From an uncultured Planctomycetales bacterium (GTDB lineage Bacteria; Omnitrophota; Gorgyraeia; Zapsychrales; JAHFFX01): DNA of 64,000 bases. Shown here one piece after another: positions 1 to 9,491 of the stretch. How positions within the stretch are numbered: the first letter of the stretch is position 1; each line of letters opens with the position of its first letter. Under the pieces are notes generated by a model. It saw only the letters and a program-made list of their open reading frames with translations, was not told the origin of the DNA and did no database searches. Made by a program: the position numbers and the translations under genes. The DNA lies in NCBI GenBank assembly GCA_964620805.1, contig CAZUJQ010000001.1, positions 7,618 to 71,617 on the forward strand, in the 5' to 3' direction.

Positions 1-1
1 T

Positions 2-883
2 CGTGGAATGACCCTGGCGATCTCCAAGGCCAAGGAAGAAGGCTCCAAGGCGGTTGCGTGCGCTTCGACCGGCAATACCTCGGCCTCCGCGGCCGCGTAT
101 GCGGCGCAGGCGGGCTTAAAGTGCATTGTTCTTATTCCCGAAGGCCGCATTGCCCAGGGAAAGCTCGCCCAGGCCATGATTCACCAGGCGCTGGTCATTG
201 CCGTCCAGGGAAATTTTGATGAGGCCCTGGACCTCGTCAGAGAAATCACGGCCCGATATCCGGTCACGCTGGTCAACTCCTTGAATCCTTTTCGGATTGA
301 AGGCCAGAAGACCGCGGCCTTTGAGATCTGCGATGCCTTAGGAAAGGCGCCGGAGTTTCATGCCATTCCGGTCGGCAATGCCGGGAACATCACCGCGTAC
401 TGGAAAGGATATCAAGAATATAAAAAAGCCGGAAAATCCCAGGTGTTGCCGCGCATGCTTGGTTTCCAAGCCGCGGGCGCCGCGCCCATTGTTGAGAAAA
501 AGATCATTCCTCATCCGGAAACGATCGCCACCGCGATCCGGATCGGAAACCCCGCCAGTTGGAAATCAGCCGAGGCCGCCCGTGATGAGTCGAAGGGCCT
601 CATTGAGGCGGTGACGGATGAAGAGATTTTGTCAGCGTACAAATTATTGGCCGCTAAAGACGGGATTTTTGTGGAAGCGGCTTCCGCGGCCTCGGTGGCC
701 GGCATCTTGAAGCTGCATCGTAAGGGATATTTTAAAAACAAAACAGGGCGGATCGTCTGCACGTTGACGGGTCACGGATTAAAAGACCCGGATTTGGCGA
801 CTAAAAACATCGGCCATCCGGTTTCTGTGAAGGCGGAGATGGACGCCATATTGAAGCATATTGAGAAATGGACAAAGAGATAA
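2..883 (+). CDS. thrC: threonine synthase, C-terminal ~290 aa (5' end lies outside window)
   Basis: ORF 8..883 is open to the window edge. PLP-enzyme motif [15 protein letters not shown] and overall similarity to ThrC. Confidence 0.85.
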   Translation, partial: RGMTLAISKAKEEGSKAVACASTGNTSASAAAYAAQAGLKCIVLIPEGRIAQGKLAQAMIHQALVIAVQGNFDEALDLVREITARYPVTLVNSLNPFRIEGQKTAAFEICDALGKAPEFHAIPVGNAGNITAYWKGYQEYKKAGKSQVLPRMLGFQAAGAAPIVEKKIIPHPETIATAIRIGNPASWKSAEAARDESKGLIEAVTDEEILSAYKLLAAKDGIFVEAASAASVAGILKLHRKGYFKNKTGRIVCTLTGHGLKDPDLATKNIGHPVSVKAEMDAILKHIEKWTKR

Positions 884-1704
884 CTACGACTAAAATCGCG
901 ATTTTTAGGAAAAGCGAAATCCGAAAGACTATTCATAAGGATGAATGGTGGTTTGTAATTAATGATGTTGTTTTAGCGCTTACCGATTCACCCAATGTTC
1001 CGGACTATATAAAAAAGATGCGTAAGCGTGACCATGAGCTTAGCAAAGGGTGGGGACAAATTGTCACCCCCCTTTCCGTGCGGACATCAGGAGGAGAGCA
1101 AAAGCTTAATTGTGCCAATACAGAAGGCATATTTCGTATTATCCAGTCTATCCCATCCCCGAAAGCCGAGCCGTTTAAGCGGTGGCTGGCTCGGGTTGGC
1201 TATGAGCGGATTCAGGAAATTGAAAATCCCGAGCTTGCTACAAAGAGAACAAGGGCTTTATATAAGGCAAAAGGCTATAGCAACGACTGGATTGAGAAGC
1301 GGATGCGTGGCATTGCTATCCGTGAGGAATTGACCGACCAGTGGCAAAAGCGCGGCGTAAAGGAGCAAAAGGAATATGAAATATTGACCGCTGAAATATC
1401 AAAGGCAACATTCGGAATGACCCCGTCCGCTTATAAGAAACATAAGGGGCTAAAACGGGAAAATTTAAGGGATCACATGACCGATTTGGAGCTTATCTTC
1501 TCAATGCTTGGCGAGGCATCGACAAAAGAGATTGCCATGAATAAAGATGCTCAAGGGTTTATGGAGAACAAACAGGCCGCCTTCGAAGGTGGTACTGTTT
1601 CAGGTCATGCGAGAAAAGAGCTTGAGCGCAAAAGCGGCAGGAAAGTGATTAGCAAAGAAAATTATCTAAAATTGCCACAAGATAAAAAGTTATTGAAGTC
1701 GTAA
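868..1704 (+). CDS. Bro-N domain protein, DinD-like (DNA-damage-inducible protein D family)
   Basis: 278 aa. N-terminal Bro-N-like motif ([27 protein letters not shown]) and a C-terminal region resembling DinD. Overlaps the thrC stop by 16 bp. Confidence 0.55.
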   Translation: MDKEITTTKIAIFRKSEIRKTIHKDEWWFVINDVVLALTDSPNVPDYIKKMRKRDHELSKGWGQIVTPLSVRTSGGEQKLNCANTEGIFRIIQSIPSPKAEPFKRWLARVGYERIQEIENPELATKRTRALYKAKGYSNDWIEKRMRGIAIREELTDQWQKRGVKEQKEYEILTAEISKATFGMTPSAYKKHKGLKRENLRDHMTDLELIFSMLGEASTKEIAMNKDAQGFMENKQAAFEGGTVSGHARKELERKSGRKVISKENYLKLPQDKKLLKS

Positions 1705-1728
1705 TCCGTTTTCCGGCTTTCGAGTTAT

Positions 1729-2373
1729 ATGACTAACCCATTGCGGAACAAAAAAGTGCTCATCACTTGCGGACCCACGTGGGTCCCAATCGATTCGGTG
1801 CGGGTAATCACGAACCGTTCGAGCGGCCGCTTGGGGCACATCCTTGCCCAGGATCTTAAAAAAGAATGGGCCCGGATCACGGTTTTAGAAGGGCCGGTCA
1901 CGGATGTGTGGTATCCTGATTCCATCCAGGTGATTAAATTTCATTATTATTCTGAATTGGCCGGCTTGCTTTATGGGGAATTAAAAAAGGATTATGATAT
2001 TATCTTGCATTTGGCCGCGGTCTCGGACTATCAGCCGAAGAAGCCCCAAGCCTCCAAGATCAGTTCGGATTTAAAGCGTCTAAAGCTTCAGTTGGTCCCC
2101 ACGGAAAAGCTGATTGACAAGATTAAGCCGTTAAGCCCCCAAGTGATCCTTGTAGGATTTAAAATGGAAGAGAAGCTTAAATCCCGGGCATGGAAGGCCA
2201 GGGTGTCGCGGCTCTTTCAGAAGGCCCAATGTGACTTAGTGGTTTTGAACTCTCTTAAAGAAAACCGGTATCGAGGGTGTATCATCGATCCAACAAATCG
2301 GGTTTTGGCCCAAGGAGAAAACCGCCAAGAGATTGCGAAGAAATTGGTGGATATCTTAAAAAAGAAAATATGA
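1729..2373 (+). CDS. coaB: phosphopantothenate--cysteine ligase, standalone CoaB domain (no fused CoaC)
   Basis: 214 aa. KKVLITCGPTWVPIDSVRVITNRSSGRLG matches the CoaB signature. No flavoprotein CoaC half is present. Confidence 0.7.
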   Translation: MTNPLRNKKVLITCGPTWVPIDSVRVITNRSSGRLGHILAQDLKKEWARITVLEGPVTDVWYPDSIQVIKFHYYSELAGLLYGELKKDYDIILHLAAVSDYQPKKPQASKISSDLKRLKLQLVPTEKLIDKIKPLSPQVILVGFKMEEKLKSRAWKARVSRLFQKAQCDLVVLNSLKENRYRGCIIDPTNRVLAQGENRQEIAKKLVDILKKKI

Positions 2374-3569
2374 AATACATCGTCTTGGTTCCTGATGGCA
2401 TGGCGGATTATCCGGTGGAAATCCTGGGGCATAAAACCCCCCTGGAGGTAGCCCGAACGCCCCATATGGACTATCTGGCGCAGAATGGCTTTTTAGGTTT
2501 GGTGAAGACCATTCCCGATCAAATGTCACCGGGCTCGGACGTGGCGAACCTCGCTCTCTTGGGCTATGACCCTCAAAGGTATTTTTTCGGACGGGCCCCT
2601 TTGGAGGCCGCCAACCTCGATATCACGTTACAAGAGGATGAGGTGGCCTTCCGCTGCAACCTGGTAACGGTCGAAAGCGACCAGATGGCGGATTACAGCG
2701 CTGGTCACATCTCCACCCAAGAGGCCTCTTTATTGATTCAGGCTTTAAATGATCAATTCCAATTGCCGCATATTAAATTTTATGCCGGGAAAAGTTACCG
2801 GCATCTTATGGTGATGAAATCTCCCAGGACCAAGGAGCTCCTGGAAATAAGATGCGTGGCCCCGCACGATATTGCCGGACAAAATCTTGGCCCCCATTGG
2901 CCGCAGGGCCCTGGGGCAGAGGAATTGAAAACCCTGATGGAAAAATCCCAGGACATCCTGGCGGCGCATCCCGTCAATGGCGTGCGTATTGACTTAAAAG
3001 AAAATCCAGCTAATATGATTTGGTTATGGGGTCAGGGAAAACGGCCAGAATTGCCGCCTTTTAAGGAAAAATTTAATCTTAATGGCGCGATCATCTCGGC
3101 GGTGGACCTCATCAATGGCATTGGGAGGTTGATTGGGCTTAAGGTCGTAAAAGTCCCGGGTGTCACCGGTTACTATGACACGAATTATTTGGGGAAAGCC
3201 CAATACGCCTTAAAGGCCTTAAGAAGACGAGATTTTGTTTTCATTCACGTTGAGGCGACCGATGAGGCCGGACATAATGGCGATATCAAGATGAAGATGG
3301 CCTGCATTGAGCGGATTGACAAAGAGATCGTTGGCACTCTTTTAGACTATTATAAAAAGAAAAGCCATGTGCGGATTCTGGTGTTGCCAGATCACGCGAC
3401 ACCGGTGGAGAAGCGCTGTCATGTGAGTGATCCGGTGGGTTTTGTCATGTTCGGCCAAGGGATCTCTTCGAACGGCGCGTTCGAATACAATGAGCGCGTC
3501 GCCAGAGAGAAGGGGTTGAAGTTTCAAAGCGGCGAGGAGCTTTTGAGGTATTTTTTAAAACAGGAGTAG
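2370..3569 (+). CDS. apgM: cofactor-independent phosphoglycerate mutase, archaeal-type
   Basis: MKYIVLVPDGMADYP...MSPGSDVANLALLGYDP is typical of the ApgM family. Its ATG at 2370 overlaps the coaB TGA (ATGA). The listed ORF start at 2277 is an upstream in-frame extension. Confidence 0.8.
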   Translation: MKYIVLVPDGMADYPVEILGHKTPLEVARTPHMDYLAQNGFLGLVKTIPDQMSPGSDVANLALLGYDPQRYFFGRAPLEAANLDITLQEDEVAFRCNLVTVESDQMADYSAGHISTQEASLLIQALNDQFQLPHIKFYAGKSYRHLMVMKSPRTKELLEIRCVAPHDIAGQNLGPHWPQGPGAEELKTLMEKSQDILAAHPVNGVRIDLKENPANMIWLWGQGKRPELPPFKEKFNLNGAIISAVDLINGIGRLIGLKVVKVPGVTGYYDTNYLGKAQYALKALRRRDFVFIHVEATDEAGHNGDIKMKMACIERIDKEIVGTLLDYYKKKSHVRILVLPDHATPVEKRCHVSDPVGFVMFGQGISSNGAFEYNERVAREKGLKFQSGEELLRYFLKQE

Positions 3570-3575
3570 CCTTTC

Positions 3576-3714
3576 AATGACCAATGACCAAATTCCAATC
3601 ACCAAACAAATTCCAATATCCAAATCCAAAGTAACCTTTGCTTCGAAGTGTTTGGAATTTTGGAATTGGAAATTGGGTATTGTTTGGTCATTGTATCTTG
3701 GTTATTGGTCATTT
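3576..3714. repeat. Family A long imperfect palindrome built of CCAAT/ATTGG units (copy A1)
   Basis: The left half (tgaccaatgaccaaattccaatcaccaaac...) is approximately the reverse complement of the right half (...tttggtcattgtatcttggttattggtca). Copies at 27629 and 44581 share this architecture. Confidence 0.7.
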
Positions 3715-3763
3715 CTGCATGGAATCATTTTATTTGAGTTGAAGGGGGCATAAAGATCTCTTC

Positions 3764-4987
3764 ATGAAACAGATCATCGTTCAAAAATACGGCGGTTCTT
3801 CGGTGGCCAACATCGAACGGATCAAGGAGGTCGCCAAACGGATTGTCTCCTATAAAAATCACCGTCAGGATGTCCTGGTCGTGGTCTCGGCCATGGCAGA
3901 CACAACCGATGAGTTGGAAGATCTCGCTTTTCGGATCACGGACGATCCGCCGGAGCGAGAGATGGATATGCTCATGTCGACCGGAGAGCAGATCTCCTGC
4001 GCGCTTTTGGCCATGGCGGTCAAAGAGCAAGGATACGATGCCATCTCTTTGACGGGCGGGCAAGTGGGGATTCGAACAGACCGCTCTTATACCAATGCCC
4101 GGATTGTCAAAATCGATGCCCGGCGGATCCGCAAGGCCCTTTCGCAAAGCAAAATTGTGATTGTTACGGGCTTTCAAGGCGTCACCCACGATGATGATAT
4201 CACCACGCTGGGCCGCGGAGGCTCGGATCTGACCGCTGTCGCCTTGGCTAAAACCCTGGGTGCCAAGGTCTGCGAGATTTATACGGACGTGGCCGGCATT
4301 TACACGGCGGATCCTCGGATCATAAAAGAAGCCAGGAAAATTTCGATCATTACCTTTGATGAGATGCTGGAGATGGCTTCTCTCGGAGCCCAGGTGATGC
4401 AGGCGCGCTCCATCGAGGTCGCCAAGAGATTCAATATCCCGATCCACGTGAGGTCCAGTTATTCCAAGGAGGAAGGAACCATGATTGTCAAGGATGATGA
4501 AAAGATGGAAAGCGTGGTGGTGCGCGGCATCACCTGCAATAAAGCGGAGGCGAAGATCACCGTCTGCAATGTCCCGGACCGCCCGGGGGTGGCCGCGCGG
4601 CTTTTTACCGAGATCTCCAAGGCAGGGATCAGCGTGGACACCATCGTCCAAAATGTCAGCCACACCCGTTATACAGACATTTCCTTTACCGTTCCCAAAT
4701 CGGTGTTAAACAAGGCCCTCAAGGCGGCTCAGGATGTCGCCAGGAAAATCGGAGCCGGAGAGGTCCTCCATGATAAAAATATCGCGCGGGTTTCCATCAT
4801 CGGATCTGGTATGCGTTCTTATCCGGGGGTCGCTGCCAAGATGTTCCAGACTTTGGCCGAAAATAAAATCAACATAGGGATGATTTCCACATCCGAGATC
4901 AGCATCTCCTGCATTATTGATCAGAAGCTGTCAGACAAGGCTGTCCAGAGTCTGCACAAAAAATTTGGTTTGGAAAGGATGAATTAA
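3764..4987 (+). CDS. lysC: aspartate kinase
   Basis: 407 aa. KYGGSSV and VVVSAMADTTDEL motifs, with two C-terminal ACT-like regions. Confidence 0.9.
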   Translation: MKQIIVQKYGGSSVANIERIKEVAKRIVSYKNHRQDVLVVVSAMADTTDELEDLAFRITDDPPEREMDMLMSTGEQISCALLAMAVKEQGYDAISLTGGQVGIRTDRSYTNARIVKIDARRIRKALSQSKIVIVTGFQGVTHDDDITTLGRGGSDLTAVALAKTLGAKVCEIYTDVAGIYTADPRIIKEARKISIITFDEMLEMASLGAQVMQARSIEVAKRFNIPIHVRSSYSKEEGTMIVKDDEKMESVVVRGITCNKAEAKITVCNVPDRPGVAARLFTEISKAGISVDTIVQNVSHTRYTDISFTVPKSVLNKALKAAQDVARKIGAGEVLHDKNIARVSIIGSGMRSYPGVAAKMFQTLAENKINIGMISTSEISISCIIDQKLSDKAVQSLHKKFGLERMN

Positions 4988-4989
4988 AG

Positions 4990-6555
4990 GTGCCACAGAT
5001 TTTTATTTATGATACGACGTTGCGGGATGGGTCCCAGACCGAAGGGATCTCTTTTTCGGTCAGCGATAAAATGAAAATTACCGATAAGCTCGATGATCTC
5101 GGGCTTCACTACATCGAGGGCGGCTGGCCGGGATCCAATCCCAAGGACAAGGAATTCTTTGAAGAGATGCAGCGTAAACCTCTTAAGAATTCGGTTTTGG
5201 TCGCATTTGGTTCTACCCATCGGGCAGGCCTCAAGGCCTCCGAAGATCGGAATCTTAAGGAGTTGGTGGCCTCCCAAACCAAGACGATCACAATCTTTGG
5301 CAAAAGCTGGGATCTGCAGGTGACGGATGTCCTCAAGACCACCCTGGAGAAAAATCTCAAAATGATTTCGGATTCGGTGAGCTTCTTAAAGAAAGAGGAA
5401 AGAGAGGTCTTTTATGATGCAGAGCATTTTTTCGACGGCTTTAAGCGCAATCCAGAATATGCCCTGAAAACCATTATGGCCGCGGCGGAATCCGGCGCGG
5501 ATTGTCTTGTCTTATGCGATACCAACGGCGGCACGCTTCCTGAGGAAATCAGCCAGATCGTCCGCCAGGTTCGCCAGAAGCTCTCCTGTCCCCTGGGCAT
5601 CCATACCCACAACGACCTGGATTTGGCCGTGGCCAATAGTCTGGCCGCGGTTGAGGCGGGATGCACTCAGGTGCAGGGAACCTTTAACGGTTTGGGAGAG
5701 CGCTGCGGCAATGCGGATTTATGCACCCTCATGGGGATCCTTTCAACCAAAAAGAAATATAAGACCATTCCCGAAAACCGGCTTCGTCACTTAACCGAGG
5801 CCTCGTATTACCTAAGCGAGATCAGCAATTTTAAATTGCCGGATAATCATCCCTTTGTCGGGCATTCCGCGTTTGCCCATAAGGGAGGGGTGCATATCGA
5901 CGCCGTCTTGAAAAATTCGATGGCCTACGAGCATGTCGATCCCTCTTTAGTAGGCAATCATCGCCGCTTTTTGACCTCGGAGCTGGCCGGAAAGATGCCC
6001 TTTGTCCTTAAGGCCAAGGAAATGAATTTGGATCTGGATAAGAAGTCGCCGCAGACGCACAAGCTCCTCAAGGCCCTGCAAGCCAAAGAGCACGAAGGTT
6101 ATCAGTTCGAGGCCGCGGATGCCTCCTTCGAATTATTCATGAAACGGGCGCTGAAGAAATATAAACCATTTTTTAAATTGGAAGGCTTCAAAGTCACGAC
6201 CGAAAAACGCCACGATGGCCGCGTCTTTGCCGAGGCCTCGGTCCGTCTCCTCATCAACGGCCGCGAAGAGTTCAGCGCCTCCGATGGCCACGGTCCGGTG
6301 GATGCGCTGGATCGTGCTTTACGAAAGGCATTGACCCAATTTTATCCCCATTTAAAGGAGATGCGTCTTTCCGACTACAAAGTCCGCGTGTTGGATACAA
6401 AAACCGGAACAGCCGCACGGGTACGGGTTTTGATCGAATCCCAGGATGATACCGATTCCTGGACTACGATCGGCGTCCATGAAAACATCATCGATGCCAG
6501 TTACGAGGCCCTTGTGGACAGTATTGAGTACAAGTTGCTGAAGGAGAATCGTTGA
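4990..6555 (+). CDS. cimA: (R)-citramalate synthase / 2-isopropylmalate synthase family
   Basis: 521 aa. IYDTTLRDGSQ and HTHNDLDLAVANSLAAVEAG motifs of the LeuA/CimA family; the length favours CimA. GTG start. Confidence 0.7.
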   Translation: MPQIFIYDTTLRDGSQTEGISFSVSDKMKITDKLDDLGLHYIEGGWPGSNPKDKEFFEEMQRKPLKNSVLVAFGSTHRAGLKASEDRNLKELVASQTKTITIFGKSWDLQVTDVLKTTLEKNLKMISDSVSFLKKEEREVFYDAEHFFDGFKRNPEYALKTIMAAAESGADCLVLCDTNGGTLPEEISQIVRQVRQKLSCPLGIHTHNDLDLAVANSLAAVEAGCTQVQGTFNGLGERCGNADLCTLMGILSTKKKYKTIPENRLRHLTEASYYLSEISNFKLPDNHPFVGHSAFAHKGGVHIDAVLKNSMAYEHVDPSLVGNHRRFLTSELAGKMPFVLKAKEMNLDLDKKSPQTHKLLKALQAKEHEGYQFEAADASFELFMKRALKKYKPFFKLEGFKVTTEKRHDGRVFAEASVRLLINGREEFSASDGHGPVDALDRALRKALTQFYPHLKEMRLSDYKVRVLDTKTGTAARVRVLIESQDDTDSWTTIGVHENIIDASYEALVDSIEYKLLKENR

Positions 6556-6556
6556 A

Positions 6557-6752
6557 ATCCTAAATCCCAATCTCCTAAAATCCCAATGCCGTGTGCGACT
6601 CTTTCTGTGTCATTGCGAGGAGCGACTGAAAAGAGCGACGAAGCAATCCTATTTTTAGTATAAGAGATTGCTTCGCTTCACTTCGTTTCGCTCGCAATGA
6701 CAGCAAAATCGCACATCGCGTTAGGATTTAGGGTTAGGATTTGGGATTTATC
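6557..6752. repeat. Family B composite palindromic element (copy B1): core GTCATTGCGAGG..GACGAAGCAATC..GATTGCTTCG..CTCGCAATGAC nested between outer arms cctaaatcccaa / ttgggatttagg
   Basis: Read directly from the sequence. Core copies recur at 16309, 39758 and 54389, with a degenerate copy at 38240. Confidence 0.75.
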
Positions 6753-6754
6753 TT

Positions 6755-9421
6755 TTGAATCCCATGATCCAACTCCCTCCCCGCTACAATCCCCAGGAAA
6801 CCGAGGACAAATGGTGCCAATTTTGGGAAGAGTCTCGGGCCTTTCACGCCGAAGCTAACCCCAACAAAAAACCCTACATCATCGTGATCCCCCCGCCCAA
6901 TGTCACCGGAGTCCTCCACATGGGCCATGCCTTGAACAATACTTTGCAGGACATTATGATCCGCTACCAAAGGATGAAAGGCTTGGAAACCTTGTGGCTT
7001 CCCGGCACGGACCACGCTGGGATCGCCACCCAGAATGTGGTGGAGAAAGAGCTGGCCAAAGAAGGCAAAACCCGTCAGGAAATCGGCCGGGAGGAATTCT
7101 TAAAGCGGCTCTGGGAATGGAAAAATCAGTATGGGGATACGATTATCCACCAGCTTAAGAAATTGGGCGCCTCCTGCGACTGGGAGCGCTCGAGGTTCAC
7201 CATGGATGAGCATTATAGTGAAGTCGTTAAAGAGGTCTTTATCCGGCTTTATCAGAAAGGATTGATTTACCGCGGAGAGTACATCATCAACTGGTGCCTG
7301 CGCTGCCGCACGGCTTTATCGGATGAAGAAGCCGAGCACCAGGAAATCCAAGGCGCTTTGTATCACATCCGTTATCCTTTGAAAGAGGATCCTAAAAGTT
7401 ATGTGGTTGTCGCCACGACCCGGCCGGAGACCATGCTCGGTGACACCGCGGTGGCGGTTCATCCCCAAGACAGACGTTATAAAAAATTTCTAGGAAAAAC
7501 ATTAATCCTTCCTTTGATCCATCGCGAGATCAAGATCATATCCGATTCCTTTGTCGATTCCCATTTTGGTTCTGGCGCTGTCAAGGTGACGCCGGCCCAT
7601 GATCCCAATGATTTTGAGATGGCCAAAAGGCACGGCCTGGAATTCATCAATATTATGCATCCGGATGGCCGGCTCAATGAGCGTGCCCAGGCCTTTGTCG
7701 GGTTGGATCGATTTGAGGCCCGTCGAAAGATTGTGGAGGCCCTCAAGGAACAGGGGCTGCTGGAGAAAATCGAGGACCACCGGCATTCCGTTGGCCATTG
7801 TTACCGCTGCGAAACCATCGTTGAGCCTTATTTGTCCAAACAGTGGTTTGTGAAGATGAAGCCCCTGGCCAAACCGGCCATCGATGTCGTGAAGAAAGGA
7901 AAGATTAAATTCTATCCTCCGCGCTGGAATAAGGTGTATTTAAACTGGATGGAGAACATCCGGGACTGGTGCATCTCCCGGCAGATTTGGTGGGGCCATC
8001 GGATTCCGGTGTGGTACTGTGTCGGAAATGGCTCCTGTCAACTCAAATGCCGCGAACCCATTGTCTCCTTAAACCCCCCACCGCATTGTCCCCATTGCGG
8101 TTCCACCAACATCACCCAAGACGAAGATGTCCTTGACACGTGGTTCTCCTCTTGGCTGTGGCCTTTTGCCATCCTGTATTGGCCTAACAACAAAAGAGAC
8201 CTAGAGTATTTTTATCCCACCTCATCTCTTTTTACGGCCCCCGAGATCATCTTCTTTTGGGTGGCGCGGATGATTATGGCGGGCTTGGAGTTCATGGGAG
8301 AGATCCCCTTCTCTGAGGTCTATATTCATGGCACGGTCCGGGACATGAGCGGACGGAAGATGTCGAAGTCCCTGGGCAATGCCATTGATCCTATTGATAT
8401 CATTAAAGAGTACGGAGCGGATGCCCTGCGCTTTAGTCTGATCCTCAACTCCAGCCAGGACCTTTTTATCTCGAAGGAGAAATTTGAGATTGGCCGTAAT
8501 TTTGCCAATAAGATCTGGAATGCCGGCCGTCTGGTTTTGATGAATGTCAAAGACGGACTAAATCTCGGGCAGCTTTCGTATGGCCATCTGGATCTTCAGA
8601 CTCGAGATCTGGATTTATATTCGCGGTGGATTCTCTCCAGGCTCCATACCACCCTTAAGAAAGTAGGGCTTGCCATTGAAAGATACCGGTTTTCAGAAGG
8701 GGAATCGTTGATTTATGAATTCTTCTGGCGCAATTACTGCGATTGGTATCTGGAAATCATCAAGGATCGGTTTTCCGAGCCCTTGACGCAAAAGGTCTCT
8801 TTATATGTCTTGGTCCAAAGCCTGCGGATGATTCATCCTTTTATGCCGTTTGTGACCGAAGAGATTTGGAATACAATGGCTCAAGGCAGGACGCCTTTGG
8901 CCAGACACAGCTGGCCCGCCTTCCAGAGACAATGGATCAACAAAAAAGCCGAACAGAAGATGCAGACGTTGATTGAGCTGATCAGTGCCATCCGCAACGT
9001 GCGCTCCCATTGCCATATCAATCCCCATGAGGCGATTGATATCGTCTTTGCCAACCCCGGGGATGATAGAGCCGGTTTTATCCAAAGCCATGAGGTCATC
9101 CTGAAACGGCTTGCTAGAATTCGTGACTTAAAAGTCGATCCGGCCTTGACCAAATTGAAAGAGAGTGTCGGCGGGATTGCGGGGAAAATCAGATTTTTTA
9201 TCCCGTTAAAGGGGATCATTGATATCCAAAAAGAGAAAGAACGGATCTCAAGACAGCTTAAAGAGCAGCAAACGTTATTAAAAAACCTCTCTTTTAGACT
9301 TAAAAATAAAAATTTTGTTCAAAAGGCTCCGCCAGAAATTGTGGAGAGGGAAAAGGATCGCCTAAAATCTTTGGAAATCAAGGTTCAAGAATTCCACGCC
9401 ATTCTTAAAGGACTTCAATAG
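6755..9421 (+). CDS. valS: valine--tRNA ligase
   Basis: 888 aa. HMGHALN (HIGH-type) and KMSKS motifs, with a C-terminal coiled coil. Confidence 0.95.
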   Translation: MNPMIQLPPRYNPQETEDKWCQFWEESRAFHAEANPNKKPYIIVIPPPNVTGVLHMGHALNNTLQDIMIRYQRMKGLETLWLPGTDHAGIATQNVVEKELAKEGKTRQEIGREEFLKRLWEWKNQYGDTIIHQLKKLGASCDWERSRFTMDEHYSEVVKEVFIRLYQKGLIYRGEYIINWCLRCRTALSDEEAEHQEIQGALYHIRYPLKEDPKSYVVVATTRPETMLGDTAVAVHPQDRRYKKFLGKTLILPLIHREIKIISDSFVDSHFGSGAVKVTPAHDPNDFEMAKRHGLEFINIMHPDGRLNERAQAFVGLDRFEARRKIVEALKEQGLLEKIEDHRHSVGHCYRCETIVEPYLSKQWFVKMKPLAKPAIDVVKKGKIKFYPPRWNKVYLNWMENIRDWCISRQIWWGHRIPVWYCVGNGSCQLKCREPIVSLNPPPHCPHCGSTNITQDEDVLDTWFSSWLWPFAILYWPNNKRDLEYFYPTSSLFTAPEIIFFWVARMIMAGLEFMGEIPFSEVYIHGTVRDMSGRKMSKSLGNAIDPIDIIKEYGADALRFSLILNSSQDLFISKEKFEIGRNFANKIWNAGRLVLMNVKDGLNLGQLSYGHLDLQTRDLDLYSRWILSRLHTTLKKVGLAIERYRFSEGESLIYEFFWRNYCDWYLEIIKDRFSEPLTQKVSLYVLVQSLRMIHPFMPFVTEEIWNTMAQGRTPLARHSWPAFQRQWINKKAEQKMQTLIELISAIRNVRSHCHINPHEAIDIVFANPGDDRAGFIQSHEVILKRLARIRDLKVDPALTKLKESVGGIAGKIRFFIPLKGIIDIQKEKERISRQLKEQQTLLKNLSFRLKNKNFVQKAPPEIVEREKDRLKSLEIKVQEFHAILKGLQ

Positions 9422-9491
9422 CTTTTAAAGAAGAAGATTAAACCTAAGAAAAATTTGCTATAATAAGATCAAAAAGAAGGGAGGGTTAACA

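Noticed and set aside
800-870. LexA box upstream of the DinD-like gene
   Set aside because: CTGT is present but without the ACAG partner at the right spacing, and the region is thrC coding sequence.
3570-3763. Possible lysine riboswitch upstream of lysC
   Set aside because: The spacer is fully accounted for by the Family A palindrome. No L-box-like conserved segments are recognisable.
3725-4663. 312-aa ORF on the - strand opposite lysC
   Set aside because: It is antisense to a confidently identified aspartate kinase. Its low-complexity Arg/Gly/Asp-rich translation is typical of a shadow ORF.
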